From Klebsormidium nitens (taxonomy: Eukaryota; Plantae; Klebsormidiophyceae): a stretch of DNA of 46,345 nt. Positions 1-12,800 of the stretch are shown here, piece after piece. The stretch is from positions 1 through 46,345 of the forward strand of contig DF237548.1 of NCBI GenBank assembly GCA_000708835.1, in the 5' to 3' direction. Position numbers and translations under genes: made by a program. The notes below the pieces were generated by a model. It was not told the DNA's origin. It saw nothing but the letters and a program-made list of their open reading frames with translations, and ran no database searches. Each line of letters starts with the position of its first letter. The first letter of the stretch is position 1.

Positions 1-1240
1 CTGACATTCGCATCCCGCCGTCCGCCCACAAAACAACCCCTCTGACCGATAGGGTACAATTACATTTGCCGTAATAGTTGTCAATCCTGCCCATGTTGAC
101 TTACAGTCAGCGCCCAAGCTTAGGGCAGCTTCTCATGGCCCTCTTTGTGGGTCTGACCAACCCATGATCGACGGGCCTCCTTGTCAGCGCTGCGCATGCT
201 CTATAATATAGAAAGAGCCCTCGCCAGAAACAACGGGTCATTCTGATTTTTGGCAGAGGCGGAGTGACGTCGCTGAGACGCAAACGTCGTGTGCACATCG
301 CTAAACGCTTCGTCTAAACTGAACGACTGTAACCAAGCGAGCTATGTCAACGGACGTACCACTGCTCCAAAAAGAAAAGCTAGATCCTACGATCAAATGA
401 AGGAAACTCAAAAGGCACCCGCAGCCAAGCCCTGCAGACTCAGCTAGCTGGGACAGCTTAAATGATCGACCAATCAATGAACTTCGTACAGTCATCATAT
501 TGAGTGGGCCGAAACTCCCGCTGGATTCGTCTCTGAAACTGTATTGACTGGGCACTAACAGGGACTCGGAGAATTACGTATGGTACATCGGCCGCTTCAA
601 GTAGCTCTGCTGCTGCTTAGATCGGTCGTTAATTGGCTCTTCACTGGAAGTAGATTGAAGCGATTTTCCGATCACCAGTGTTATGGTGAGGAGTGCTTTT
701 AAGGATCTCTGCCATGCTATCTGCTTGACAAGCCCGCTAGGAGTGACTGAGAAGGCGGCTTGACTGAGATCTGTTGCATCGACCGGTCTTCAGTATATAT
801 AGACCGTGACGGAGGATTCGATCTCTGCCCCCAAAAAAACTAGTCTGAGCGCAATACAGCCCAGAAGGGAAGGGGAAGCTGGAAAGCTATGTCCACGACA
901 GGATCATTAGATCCTTGGAATGCGGCTGGTCGGGCCCACCTGAAGCCACACCAGACGAGCCGAGCGCCAAAGCCTCAAAGCAGACTCTCTAGAAAAGTAC
1001 CAGATTGGTCAGATTCATGATCATGCGGCCTCTGGTGTTTACCCCCTCCTGGCCCACTGCGGAGGCCAAAATGGGGTGCATCATAGCCACCCCGTGAAGC
1101 ACGTAGCTAACCAAAACCCAAATGAATTATAACGGAAGTTCGAAGCGAAGCCGGTCTGAGTCCGCCGACAGAAGCTGAATGCAGGCGTCCAACTACGTAT
1201 TTTCAGCCGTTTCTGCGCTTTGAAACACACTAATCCTGCC

Positions 1241-1277
1241 GATATGGAGCTTGTTTGGCAGGATATGGAGCTTGTTT
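1241..1277. repeat. Direct repeat with 21-bp period
   Basis: GATATGGAGCTTGTTT at 1241 and 1262. Confidence 0.9.
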
Positions 1278-2070
1278 AAGTACTTCGTGAGGTATCCCCT
1301 CCGGCATGATTGATTTGAGAGACGTAGTACAGAGGCGCAGGGACTTCAGGCAAAAATCTACCGTCACTGATCTTGACCACAAAAAGTCAACGGAAACACA
1401 AGTTTTGATAGGAGTGGTTGACTCTTGAGCCCATGATCTGTCATACGGGTAGTATTTTGAGAGTGGTGATTACCATGGGGGCTACCATCATTGCCCTTGG
1501 GTAAATTCCTTCTAGTAAGAGATCACTAGATTCGAAGACGAGAAATCTCAAGGTGTCTGCCTTCGAACGATCAGGCCGGCTCGGAGGGATGACACATACT
1601 AGCTGCCGACCTTGTGCCAGGGGAAGCACAGGGGGAATGCGTGTACGTTATCATCGCCACACCTCGACAAGTACTCCAATTGCCAGATCTGGAAAACTGC
1701 GCGCTCGCATATTGCAGCCAACCGCCCACTAAACGTTCAACCCTGCGGATGTATATGCAGATTCCTCGCTAAAACTCTGCCAGGTCCCCGAACGAGTACA
1801 CGAGAACGAGCAAAGGTATTGAGACGGCAGTGCGTCTTAGTTTAAAGGCACTGCTAAGCCACCTTAGAAAAGCGACGGGAAAGCTTTGAGTCCAAGCTTG
1901 AACTGTCGTTCTGAACTTCTTTTGGTGGACGTTCTTTGGAAACGGATTGGCCGGCGGCCTCCATAAGGACTGGAACTTGAGCTGTGAAGAATTGCTACAA
2001 GTAATGGGTTTCTAGCGCAAAACTTGGCGCCACCTTATGTGGACTGTTTAACACTAGAACCGTATATAAC

Positions 2071-2088
2071 TGCACCATATATGGTGCA
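2071..2088. repeat. 18-bp perfect palindrome TGCACCATATATGGTGCA (copy 1, in left TIR)
   Basis: Read directly from the sequence. Confidence 0.95.
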
Positions 2089-2289
2089 GAATCGGAAAAT
2101 ACAAATAATTGCGCAAAATATACAAATTGGTCGAAATAAAATAAAATCGACCCATAGGGTCCTTACAAAGGCCTTTGGTACCTAATTCAACATCTAAGAA
2201 CGTGACAAAATGGAAAACGTTGTTTGTTATCGGTTAAATGTTAACAAGCAGTTCAGAATCACAGGCTCCCAGTTTGCCCCACGTCTAAC

Positions 2290-2307
2290 TGCACCATATA
2301 TGGTGCA
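2290..2307. repeat. 18-bp perfect palindrome TGCACCATATATGGTGCA (copy 2, internal)
   Basis: Read directly; preceded by TAAC like the terminal copies. Confidence 0.95.
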
Positions 2308-2978
2308 ATATGACGTTTTTCCAATCATATGTGACTTTTTCGACATGACACCTTCATGGTTGCTCAAGGGGTCTATGGAAGCCTTATATCCGCTCTTACA
2401 TAATTCAAAGCTCAAAATTTGGTGATCCATGCGGGTCTTCTATTGACGTGAAAAACTGCGCATTTGGTGCAAAAGCTATAGATCTTCATAGATACGATAG
2501 CTTATCCCGCTTTTGATCGAGTAGACCCTTTGGCTGATCATTTCCAACATCCTAAGAAAATACCCGACATATTCGACTCTTTTCTGAGGGCTGTAGACAC
2601 TGATCGGACCGGATTTTCGGATATTTTTTGAATTATTTGGGTATTTAAAATCGGTAAATATACCACGATAAATTCCGAAAATGCGGCTGCCGAACCTCGA
2701 CTTCGGGATTTCCGGGAACTCTATAATCCGCGGTAACCGGCCGAACCTTCTACGGTGATTTTAGGTCGGAAATGGTCAGAAAATATAGTTAGGAGTACCT
2801 TTAAACCTTCAAACATAACCGAATTATCAACGACACGTGTCAAATGTTCGAAGGGCAGCCCGATTTTTTTTTCCGGCCGAAACCAATATCAAGTAAGGCG
2901 TTTGGACCTATATACGACGCCCGAAGCAAATATAAGTCGGTAACCACACCGGGGCAATATTCCGAACACAATGTTTCA

Positions 2979-3022
2979 TAACTGCACCATATATGGTGCA
3001 TGCACCATATATGGTGCAGTTA
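2979..3022. repeat. 44-bp perfect palindrome built from two adjacent 18-bp palindromes (copies 3 and 4)
   Basis: TAACTGCACCATATATGGTGCA-TGCACCATATATGGTGCAGTTA is self-complementary over 2979-3022. Confidence 0.93.
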
Positions 3023-3037
3023 CGGTTCTAGTGTTAA

Positions 3038-4862
3038 GGGCCTGGCACCAAGGTTCATCAACCCGCCCGCCTACGGCAGCCATGCAAAATAGAGGAAACT
3101 AAGCTTCCTCTTTCTGGTTGTGGATTGACAGAGTTCCAGGCAGTGGCATCAGCTTCTACGACGACGTATTCTGAGCAAAGGCCTATATTATTCTACGAAC
3201 CTCATTGCCATGCACCAGAGGGGCGTTTTGCGAAACTCGCGAGCGACCCGCTTTGCGATACGTGTTCCAAGATAGAGGAGCGGGCTTTTTAAAATCCGCC
3301 CATAAACACACACAACACGCAACTAAAACCATTTTCCCTCCCGCGACGTGTGCAAGTGTTCCAAAAAAGAGAAAGTCTAGCAAAACTGCTGCTTACGTAA
3401 CCAGGACATTCAACCAGGATTTTGCTTCGAAGGATTATTCTGGTCATTATCCAGAATTTGTGATGTCACAAGCCCACCCAGATGTCCCAGTCACTAAGGG
3501 CACTGAGAAACATATCCACAGAGGAGAGAGACCAGCTCAGAGAAGAGGCCTGCTCAAAAGTCAGTGTACTCAGTAGACGAGACCTGGAAAAAAGTGAGTG
3601 GGCTCAAGCTTATTCACAAAAGACGTCAGAACGTTTGTACGTCCAGCAGCTCTTTTGAACCCCAAACGGCTCATGTAGTGTCAGGGAGGTGATCAAAATA
3701 AAGATGCGCGGATATCGTCAAGCTCTGTCGACGTCTCTCTTTTTCTGGCCCAGACCCTGTCCCTTCCGAGGCGCTTAACGTGCAAAAGTGTAGAACTGGA
3801 AGAATAGACGATGGAGCCTTCAAGACGGGCATCGTCTGCGCGCGCGCATGGAAGCTTGCGAAGCTAGTTATGTTGAGCAGCCAGCGAGCAAGGCTTGACG
3901 CGACAACGAGATTAAAATTAGCTGGGTCGATCAGGATCACAGACTTGGGCACGATCACAGACAAATTTTAAACTGCACTACCCAAGCAGGTAGGGCAAAG
4001 AGATGATATCTGGGACAAGAACCCTCCATGGCCGTCTAGGGTGATGGCAGATCGAGAGAGACTCAGATCTGACAGGTCTATCACTTTTATGGTCTTATGT
4101 CAAAAACCCACAGTCTAAGCATCATCGCCATCGGAGGAACTCGCTTGAGGATTTCAATGTTCGACAGGTGCAGGTACACAAAAAGGCTTGCATTAATGCT
4201 TCATTAATACTGCCATCATAATGCCTGCGGTTCTAACAAGCGGCCTAAAAGAAGAACAATACTACTGTAGCTCCTCAAAAGCACCCACAATGATGCTTAC
4301 ACCAACTTAAAAAGAGGTGCAGTTCTGATCACGTCTATCGTAATTTCTTTTGCTTGCTACCAACTAGTAACCTGAAGCGGCCAATCTGCCGCTTCCGCCG
4401 CAGACTTCAAAGCAAACAGCTAAAACGGCCGGCCTCTCGGAGTATCCGCCTTCCGATGGGTGAAGGGCCTTGAGCTGACAACAGCCTGTCACGTTTTCAT
4501 GCAAGTCAAAAGGAGACAGTATCGTCATCACGAAGTGGGCACGAAAGAGAGTCGCGGAAAATTTGCCGGTTGAGACTGTATATAGTCTATAAGGGCATTT
4601 GCTTGCATCCCGGCAACAAAAGCTCGACCACCGATCCAAAGTTGGGTGCCAAAGACGTAGCACAAATAAGCGCATGAAACTTTTGTACACGAGCCGTACT
4701 GCTTTGAAGAATACCGACGTAACAACGTTTGGATCATCAAACGGACTATCGACCAAGGATACGACCGCATGATCAACTTTAGCACTCGCTTCGACAGGGA
4801 AGTCGGACACCGAAAAAGACTTTGAAATAGCAAACGAGACCTTGAAGCCTCTTGGATTTCCA
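3038..4862 (-). pseudogene. Partial degenerate array unit (leftmost, adjacent to MITE)
   Basis: Ends at the CCGCCCACATG marker (4863). The minus ORF 4528-4872 begins MWAV and contains LCYVFG, matching the TWA...LVVLVFW positions of other units. A weak CTGTCGAC marker lies at 3725. Confidence 0.4.
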
Positions 4863-7800
4863 CCGCCCACATGATCTAATTAAGGAAACCAGTCTTATCC
4901 GGACGCAGTTTCGCACTAACAGTAGAACGAAGAGATTCTCCGGCGTATGCGACCGCGTAAGGAGAGTTCGCCCGATTGCAAGGAAGCCCACAAGATCTTC
5001 TCATGCACCGTTTTCTATAGCAGAGGCGGAAATCAATTGGTATCACATAGAATTCGACTTGACCTTCCACACAATCAATCACACTGGTCCTTTCATGAAC
5101 GGAAATGAGGATTTCTGCTTCAGGACAGCACGTCCAGGGACAGATCTTATTGGACCCACCTCGAAGTGCCACGCGGGCGGCGCCGCTACCGTGATCGTTA
5201 AGCGACTTACGTGTCAAAAGTGGTGCTCTGCCCCTTCAAAAAGGCCACGTTGAGGTTGGAAAACGAACCAAGAAGCAAGGCGTCAGAGTTGCTGGCCATG
5301 TGCGCTGGGCCATCCCCCGAGGAAGTACCCGTAGTTGACCAATGCATCTTTGCCGAATTCATGAACTTCGCGTTCACAAGGTCACCGATTGTCAATCTGA
5401 CCAACTTCAGATCAGACACTCTGCTCTCCGACAACTTGATTGCGCGAACAAAACTTTGAGATCATCAGCGGACACAATGGACGGTACTGAACATCAAAAG
5501 ATAGGACTGGCTGACTGACGTCATATTGGCTCAATCGGAGCTTCCTTTGCTCATGCCTGACTTCGAACGGTGTCGGTGGACTGCTCAGGAGATTGTCGGC
5601 TTCGCTTCTTCGAAGAGGGCTTCATGTCGACCGTTTCACCCACAGAGAGTCTTGTGCTCATACAAAGAGCACATGGCCTATGTTCGGACATCATAGCCAG
5701 AAGATGTGATCCGTTTTTCTTGCCGTCTTAAGGGCGCCTGGGCTTAGGTCCGCAGCGAAAGAGTTAACAACTGGACATGTACTGAAACTGGTGTCTGCAA
5801 GCGGCGGCATGATGGGCACAGAGACTCAAAAGTAAACGGCATATCCAATCAAGCTAGGGGCGAACGGCGCCCAGCCTGTAGACTGGAACCAACCGCAAGG
5901 TCCAAGCTCAAGACTGTTTAACATCTGAAATTGTTCGACAGGGAGGTGAAAAGTCCAAGGGAAAACATTTCAGGAATGGCGTTGTGCTCCCGGGAGAGCA
6001 CGTTCAACTCAAGCGTAGCTTCATCCATAGGCCAGAGAGAAGAAAACACTGCCAAACATGATAGCGCGTCGCGGCGCCGCAAGATAATTCTATTCGAAAG
6101 AAAACTGAGCGGGCTCTCCAGAGTCGAATTTGTGAAAGCCTCCAGACAGGCGATGCAACGAGCATCCGCCTAAACTTTTGCAATATCTCAACGAGGGGGC
6201 AAAGTGCGGAGAGGTTCTCCACCAGAACGACAAAGAGCTGGTTGAGATTCTGGCAAAGGCGTCAATAATTGACACTAGTCATTAAGAGCTTCTTTCTACG
6301 TAAGCCAGCCTTTCCCTGTCCAATGACTTACATTGAATCCGAGCTGCTAGCCGTTTGAGGGCGGCACAGAGTCCAAATCAATTCCTAATTCATCGCCGTT
6401 GTAAACTCAAGTAAGAGACTTTCATCAACAAATTTTGCACAATTCCAGCCAAGATTAAGTTAGAGAAGAGAAGGCGATCCAATCAACTTGGCACGCCACA
6501 CAAGACCAAGAGATTGGTTCACAGTCCGTGCGACCAAGTCTGCACCTAGATTCTAAAATCACACACACGATAGTATTAGTGAGGGCTCATAGATGTACAC
6601 AATCTTCGTAGAGAGAAGAGCTGCTCAGTAAATGAATACAAAGGTAGTGTCCGATCTGAGACGACAGGTTGGCCGGTTTTTGCGCAAGGGCCACAACTGG
6701 CATCAGCGTATTGAGTCGTTCTACCCTAAGTGGTTCGAGCTCCTAGGAGCCCGTACAAGCCATGGGCGCTCAGACATCAGAGCCACCCCTCAGCGAAATG
6801 GTGGAAGGTGGCGCGTTGCGCCACCAAGTCGTTTCTAATGATAAACCCAGCTCCGCTTTCTGCGAGTACGTCGTTAAAGGTCGGAGTGCGCAAGGGCCCT
6901 CGAAGCGCTTCACATACCCAGGTACATCGCTTCCGCGCTGTGCTTGCCTCAGAGTTTGTTGTACATCACGGAAAGTCTGTCAGTTAATCTTCGCAACGAA
7001 CTAGGGACCGATCAAGCGAAGCCCAAAGATGTCAAACTCTCATAGTCAGGCAAAACCGATCACAGCAGAGGGAGCCCTGTCGGCAGACCTGGGAATGTCA
7101 AGAGATCAATCTTCATGATAGGAACAATATTACTACGTGCCCTTTGAAAGAGTCGCGTGCCACTGACAGCCAGCAAGTGCAGGGACGGCTACTATTTGAG
7201 GCGTGTACTTCCGTGCAGATAGAAGGTGACGTCACGCTGGTTGTGCGGAAAAGGAGCTAACCTGGGCCGAACGAAGCTTAGACCGAGTGGCAATTTTAAA
7301 GCTGAATTTGAAGGAATCACCTCTGCCCAAAACAGCAGTATAAGCAAGTGAGGCTTCCAACTGGTGACTTTCCGCTGTGCTTCGAAAATACTGGGCGCAT
7401 TGAGTTGAGGCGGCAACTTATTGCCGGCGTCAAAGTCGTGCCGTTCAAAAGCCCCTTCGACAGAAGCAGTGGTCCGCGGTTCAATGTTACAACAAAACTA
7501 GACGCGTTCTCCTGCGCCCTTCGACGAATACAGTGTAAGCATGATGCAGTCAGCTTTAGAGTCAAGAAAACGCTACCGTAAGATACGACCACACTTGAAC
7601 GTGCGTCTGATTGATATGATGGTTCTCGGATGCTGCTTAGGAGAAAACTCGATACGGACGAACGGATTCCCTTGAAGGACAAGAAAAGGACGACGTGCAT
7701 TGGCGACTTCGGTAGGGCAGGATCTGATTTTGCAAACTTATATAGTACAGGCGTAATCAAGAATGTAGGTGGGTCTGGTTTTAGGTTTCTGGTTACAATC

Positions 7801-7877
7801 AGCTGAATGCATCCATCAAGAAGTTGGCTTCCTTCGAAAGTCAACAAATCTGTTTAGTCTTGCAGCAGAGGGCGTCT

Positions 7878-7927
7878 GCTTAAGTCATAGCCAGGAGGTT
7901 TGGCTTAATTCATAGCCAGGAGGTTTT
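7878..7927. repeat. 25-bp tandem duplication
   Basis: GCTTAA(G/T)TCATAGCCAGGAGGTTT(G/T), two copies. Confidence 0.9.
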
Positions 7928-8204
7928 AAAAATTGGTTGCCACTCGAAAACTATAAAGCAGCTATCAGACGAAAGCAAGACAGTTGCACCGAAATAGCAA
8001 AGAAGGACAAGAATGTGGCGCTGCCAAGATTCGAGTTTACGGTGCGTTCTTGAAAAGTACTGGCGCGGCCTTGAACGAGCCATCGACAGAGCGGCGAGCG
8101 GCGAGCGGCAGGCTGTTGCCCTCGGTGGTTTGATCTGACGAACTTCGATCCGGAGAAATAGCCACTACCTGAAGACACTGACCTTCCGCCTTACAACTTT
8201 GCGA

Positions 8205-8570
8205 CGGCCTCGGGACTTTGCACGGAATTTTGCGGAGGCATACAGCTGTGGGCGCAAAATGGCTTCATGCAGCCTAAAAAAAACGAAAGAAACGTACGCG
8301 GGAGCTGCGAAGAGCTTGGGATACTTTGCGAAAGATGGAACGATCACGAGATAATGTTATACCTGAAGACACTGAACTTTTGCTTCATGAGCTTTATGAC
8401 GGCCCAGGACTCCAGCGCAACGGCGCAACAGAGTTTGGTGGAAGCTTCTGCAATTTGTGGGCGCAGAAGGATTTCATGCAACCCGGCCAATCAAAACGAA
8501 AGAAGCGTACACGGGAGCTGCGAGGAGCATGAGATACTTCACAAATGATGAAATATCTGCAGGTGATAGT
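8205..8570. repeat. Imperfect tandem duplication, ~209-bp period
   Basis: TGTGGGCGCA at 8247 and 8456. AAAACGAAAGAA(A/G)CGTAC(G/A)CGGGAGCTGCGA(A/G)GAGC at ~8280 and ~8493. Confidence 0.75.
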
Positions 8571-9804
8571 CAGGCAGCGTCACGTCGGACGTGGGCAAAC
8601 TTTTGGCGCTAATATCGAGCACCCACCAACTGCAACCACGTCTTCACGGGTTATTGATAGAGCCTCTTTCAAGAAGCCGCATGCACCTTAATTTAGTGCA
8701 TGATGGTCGAACATAAAATCACTTCAGTAAGACCACGAGACCACTCATCCGAAATGCCAGGGCTCCGCTTGGTTGAGCAGCTTCAGGAAGACGCTTGCCT
8801 GACATGGAAGCTGCCAACCTCCAAGCGACCTGCTTACACTTCATCGCTGCTCGAAACGTGACCGGTGCAGATAGTTTACACCAAATAAGTGAAGCGTAGT
8901 CGTAGTGGATAGATCTACAACAATGCTGCCTAGAGACCGTTGCTAATGTAACGATAGGACTGTGGGCAAAGTGCATAAGATACATTTCCGGCAGGACGAA
9001 CGCGCGAGGCGTCGACTTCCAACACAGGCGAGCCTTAAAAATCAGTCGAGCGCACAACACTGACTCTTGAGCTCGCAGCTAGCAACTGCAAGCTTTGGCA
9101 CACGGAGGGGCCAGTAGAACAGTTCCGCGCACTGACCCCGAATCTCAACATTTTCCAAGGCTCCGAAATGAAAAGAGGTAAATGCAGGAAAGAAACCCAG
9201 GTACGTCCACGTGCAAAAAGTCGGCAGATTTGAAAAGATTCACCCAACTTCGACAGCAGACGGCTAAAACTGCGCACATTCTTTAAACGGGCACGAGGTT
9301 CTAGTACGCCTGCATCCGTTGATGACCACAGTAAAGTTGCCGAAAATCTCGTTCCAGAAGCCATGAGAAGAGACAGAATCGACCGGCTGAGAACCGAAAA
9401 GTCCAACAGACCACCCAAATCAGCTGCACCGAAACGGTTTCAAAACGAATCACTACCTGGCAGAACCAGCGTCAGGCCCCTTCAATTTCTCAGAAACTCC
9501 TGGTGTCATCGCAAGCCTGTTCAGTTTTTCCCGGTTACGTCCTTCGTTCAAGGCCTCAGAACGACGAGCAACTGTGCTTGGGCACAGCCAGAAAGTGGAC
9601 CGTGACGTGATTCGCTTGTCAGATCGAGGCGCACGGCAGCAAAATCAAAGAGATAATCTGAAGGCACCGGGGAAATCGGCGAGGATGTAAAACGATAGTT
9701 CTTGCTTGTGCGGATGATGGCGACAGGTTAGTGGACTCATACTCCTGAGTAAACCTCAGAATGGGTGGCACTTATTCAGAGCCAGATCTTCGAGCAATTC
9801 TTCG

Positions 9805-12800
9805 CCGCCCACGTGAGCGATGAAGGATTCGCAGGATTCTATGCCGCGAGTGACGAATTGGCTATCCTGGATTTCAAGTCGCGGCGACATTGTGCTGAAG
9901 TCAATATCTTGCGACACGGCCCAACGCGCGTGCACGCAGTGCGTCACTTTTTAAACGGCTTTGCTCGAGACGTCTTCGCTCGCTAAAGTTCTCCGACAGA
10001 CGGTGAAGTGTACGCTCTTATTGACAAGTGAGCAGTGAGGGATCAACAGTCGGACCGTGACGCTGTCGCATGCATGTGCTTCAAGAATCACGGGTTGACT
10101 ACCATAAATCATTGCCCAAACGGTCTTATTTCTGCAGGTCGACTGGCAACAGAAGACCGAGAGAAATTGAGCAAACCTGCCGGCCACGCCGACGACTAGA
10201 CCAGCAGTCGCCTTCATTTGAAGACATGTTTTTGAAGAAGACGGCGGTCAACGAGCTAAGATCCACAATTTCCAAAGAACCACTCAGCTAAAGGAAGAAA
10301 TTAAGGGAGTACTGATGACGAACCTCCTCGGAACTTCAAAATTTCACCAAAGTGAAAGTGATTGCACGCGTGCTCAATTCAAGTAATCATGACATCTCGG
10401 CAGATTAACTGCAAGCAACAAAAGGGCAGTAAAGTAGCAGGCATGACTCTGAAGGTCAGTGGCAAATGTCTGGGTAGCAGCTTAGACCGTCTCCACAACC
10501 CTTGCTTCTGCCCGGTTCTCACACATGGATTCCACCTTGCAGATTCGGACGGCGTCCAAAGCTTGCACAAGAGTTTGTAAAGGTCTTGTGAGCGACACCT
10601 GGCTTCAGGTATCACTAAGACACGCATACAGTACGTGTGCGAACGTGAAAACCACAGGATTGACAAGGTTGCTTGACGATCCGATAACACAAAGAACCGA
10701 GGGCAGAAAAGTTGAGGCGCGCCGTATGTATGAAGCTGTTACCAGCATCATGCTTCACGGTTTTGTCGTTAAGGGAATTCTTTTCAAAGTCATATGAGTC
10801 ATCGGAGGCAAGTTCAATACGCTTAGCTTAGACCGATTGAGATGCATGCTTGTGGACCCTTATTTGTAACTTACCGGGCATGCAGCTTCAGATGATGGGT
10901 CTTGTCTGGAGCAGTAAAATCTCCCAGCAATCTGCTTCTAGTCCTTGCTGCTCAAGCAGCACCCGTTTGGAGGCGGACTTGCAGTGCTGATTCTGCCAGT
11001 TCCAATCAGCAAAGCGGAAGCCATCGCAAAAGGGGCGGCACAGTGACGGTAGGAGTTCGAACAAAATTGGCGCGTGCAGTAGCGCTTATTCGGCGAGAGA
11101 ATCAAGAGGCGAGGCGTCACTTGAAACGGAGCTGCTGCTGGCCAGCTGTAAGCTGGGCTGCCGTCAACTTAGCGAAATGGAGCGCACGACTGTGAGATTG
11201 GAGCTCGCGTCAGTGACTGAAATGGTTGGCCCAAAGAGGGGCCAACGCAAAAGGCTCGCGCATTGCCCCCAGATCGTTCTAATCATTTCGAAGGCGTCTG
11301 AGAAGCTGAAGTCGCGAGTCAGATTAGTGAAGGAAACCCAAATCAACAGGTAAAAGTAAGCAGATCCCGAGAGTTGGGATCAGTAGCAAACACCAAGCCT
11401 AGCCTTGGCAGACAGATAACTAAGATTGGGCCCGAATCTTTTGATACGTCTGCATTGATGACCAACAAGAAATTGCGGAGAAACCCAACAGATCGGCAAG
11501 GTAGATGGTGATTGGGCAGTGCCACGGGAAATAATACTTTAAGTTGGGACTGACTGTCCCATACTCATGTATTCTTTCAATCAACAAACAGCAGCTGGTA
11601 TAAGCGAGCGCACGTTTAAACATTTTGCATCGTAAAGTAAGGTCTGCATGGTAATACTGACAGCGGCACGGTTTCAAATACTGGTTGAAACTCTGTGGTT
11701 GTAGAGGCGCTGCGACCCATTCGCATATCTTGTTCGACTCTAGCGAAGTCTTCAAATCGTGAAATGGCACCTCGAACCGCTTGACATTTTCAAACTCAAG
11801 CAAATTTAGCAAAGTTACCAGTACAAACCGGTCGCCGAAGGGGCTTCACATCGTGACTTCCGGAATAAGAATGTGCTTCGAAAAGCACAGGTTCACTTCA
11901 CAAAATCCTTGCCAGAGCGCTCGGAATCTGCGGGTCGATTCGCAACTTGAAGGAAGCCAAGCAAGGGAAAGACAAGCGAAATTTACGGCCTAAAGTGACG
12001 CTGGCTCCGTTAGAACCGTAGAAAGCGATTTGCGTCGACCGGCCAAGGGTTCACCTAACCCGATCAGCACAAGTAGTAAGATCCATTATGAGGTTCACTG
12101 GTAGACAGCACCGGCGACGGGCCTCGTCATGTCGCAAGGCGAGAACAGCGGTGTGCTTGTAAGCGCACATAAACGCCGGCACCAGAATCCTTGGCGAGTT
12201 GCACGGCAAGCGACTTTAATGACACAAACGGACTACATAACCAGAAGAATGCACTCATCTGAGAACCGATTGAACACAAGGCAAGAGGTGGCGATCCGAT
12301 GAGCGACGACAGCAGTTTGTTTCAAGAGACATGAGCTAAGTGTTTGCAGGCCGTCCGGGTCCCCCGTTATTAGATGAACTACTTATATTAAAAGAATACC
12401 GGCGGGTTAGTGAACAAGGAGAGCGTGGAAGAAGAGCAGGAAAAGCGACTCGAGTGGGTTAATCTTCGACTGCAAACTTTCAAACTTGATTCCCGCATTC
12501 TAATGGCGTCAGGCTAGTGGTACGTCTGTTTGAGACTCTGGTGCGAGTCGTAACGAAGCTCAGACAGGGTACGTCTCTTCAAAGCCAGTCGGACCTCAAA
12601 TGATCCGCTGCCAACGTGTGCGGTGAAGAAAGTGTACCTAAACCAGCACGACCTTTGCAAGCGAGGGTCGGCATCGTCACATGTTTCATGGCACATCCGA
12701 GCTGCTGCATGACGTTGACTTGTTGTACTAGGAAGGAGGTTTTCAAAAGCCGTCGGCCGCCGATCAATCATTTTACAAACGCGCCGCCAGCCCTCTTCGA

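Larger units (their letters stand above)
2052..3033. mobile_element. Non-autonomous TIR element (MITE), 982 bp, TTAA-flanked, piggyBac-like
   Basis: Left end is TTAA(2048-2051)|CACTAGAACCGTA-TATA-ACTGCACCATATATGGTGCA. Right end is TGCACCATATATGGTGCAGT-TACGGTTCTAGTG|TTAA(3034-3037). This gives ~33-bp TIRs, identical except for a 4-nt TATA insert on the left. The interior is AT-richer than the flanks and has no transposase-like ORF. TTAA target duplication is the established piggyBac signature; the superfamily call is inference. Confidence 0.82.
4863..9804 (-). pseudogene. Degenerate array unit, divergent subtype (~4.9 kb)
   Basis: Bounded by CCGCCCAC markers. Contains GAAGCGCTTCACAT (6902, homologous to 11841/17230) and GAGCACCCACCA (8617). 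Only ORF fragments of 176 aa or less remain. Confidence 0.5.

Noticed and set aside
195-1400. TATA-like CTATAATATAG (~199) plus ATG at 344 as a + strand gene
   Set aside because: The frame hits a stop after 18 codons and repeatedly thereafter, and no homology was recognised.
2052-3033. Classification as a CACTA/EnSpm element because the ends read CACTA...TAGTG
   Set aside because: CACTA elements make a 3-bp direct TSD. Here the 3-bp flanks are TAA and TTA (unequal), while TTAA is present on both sides.
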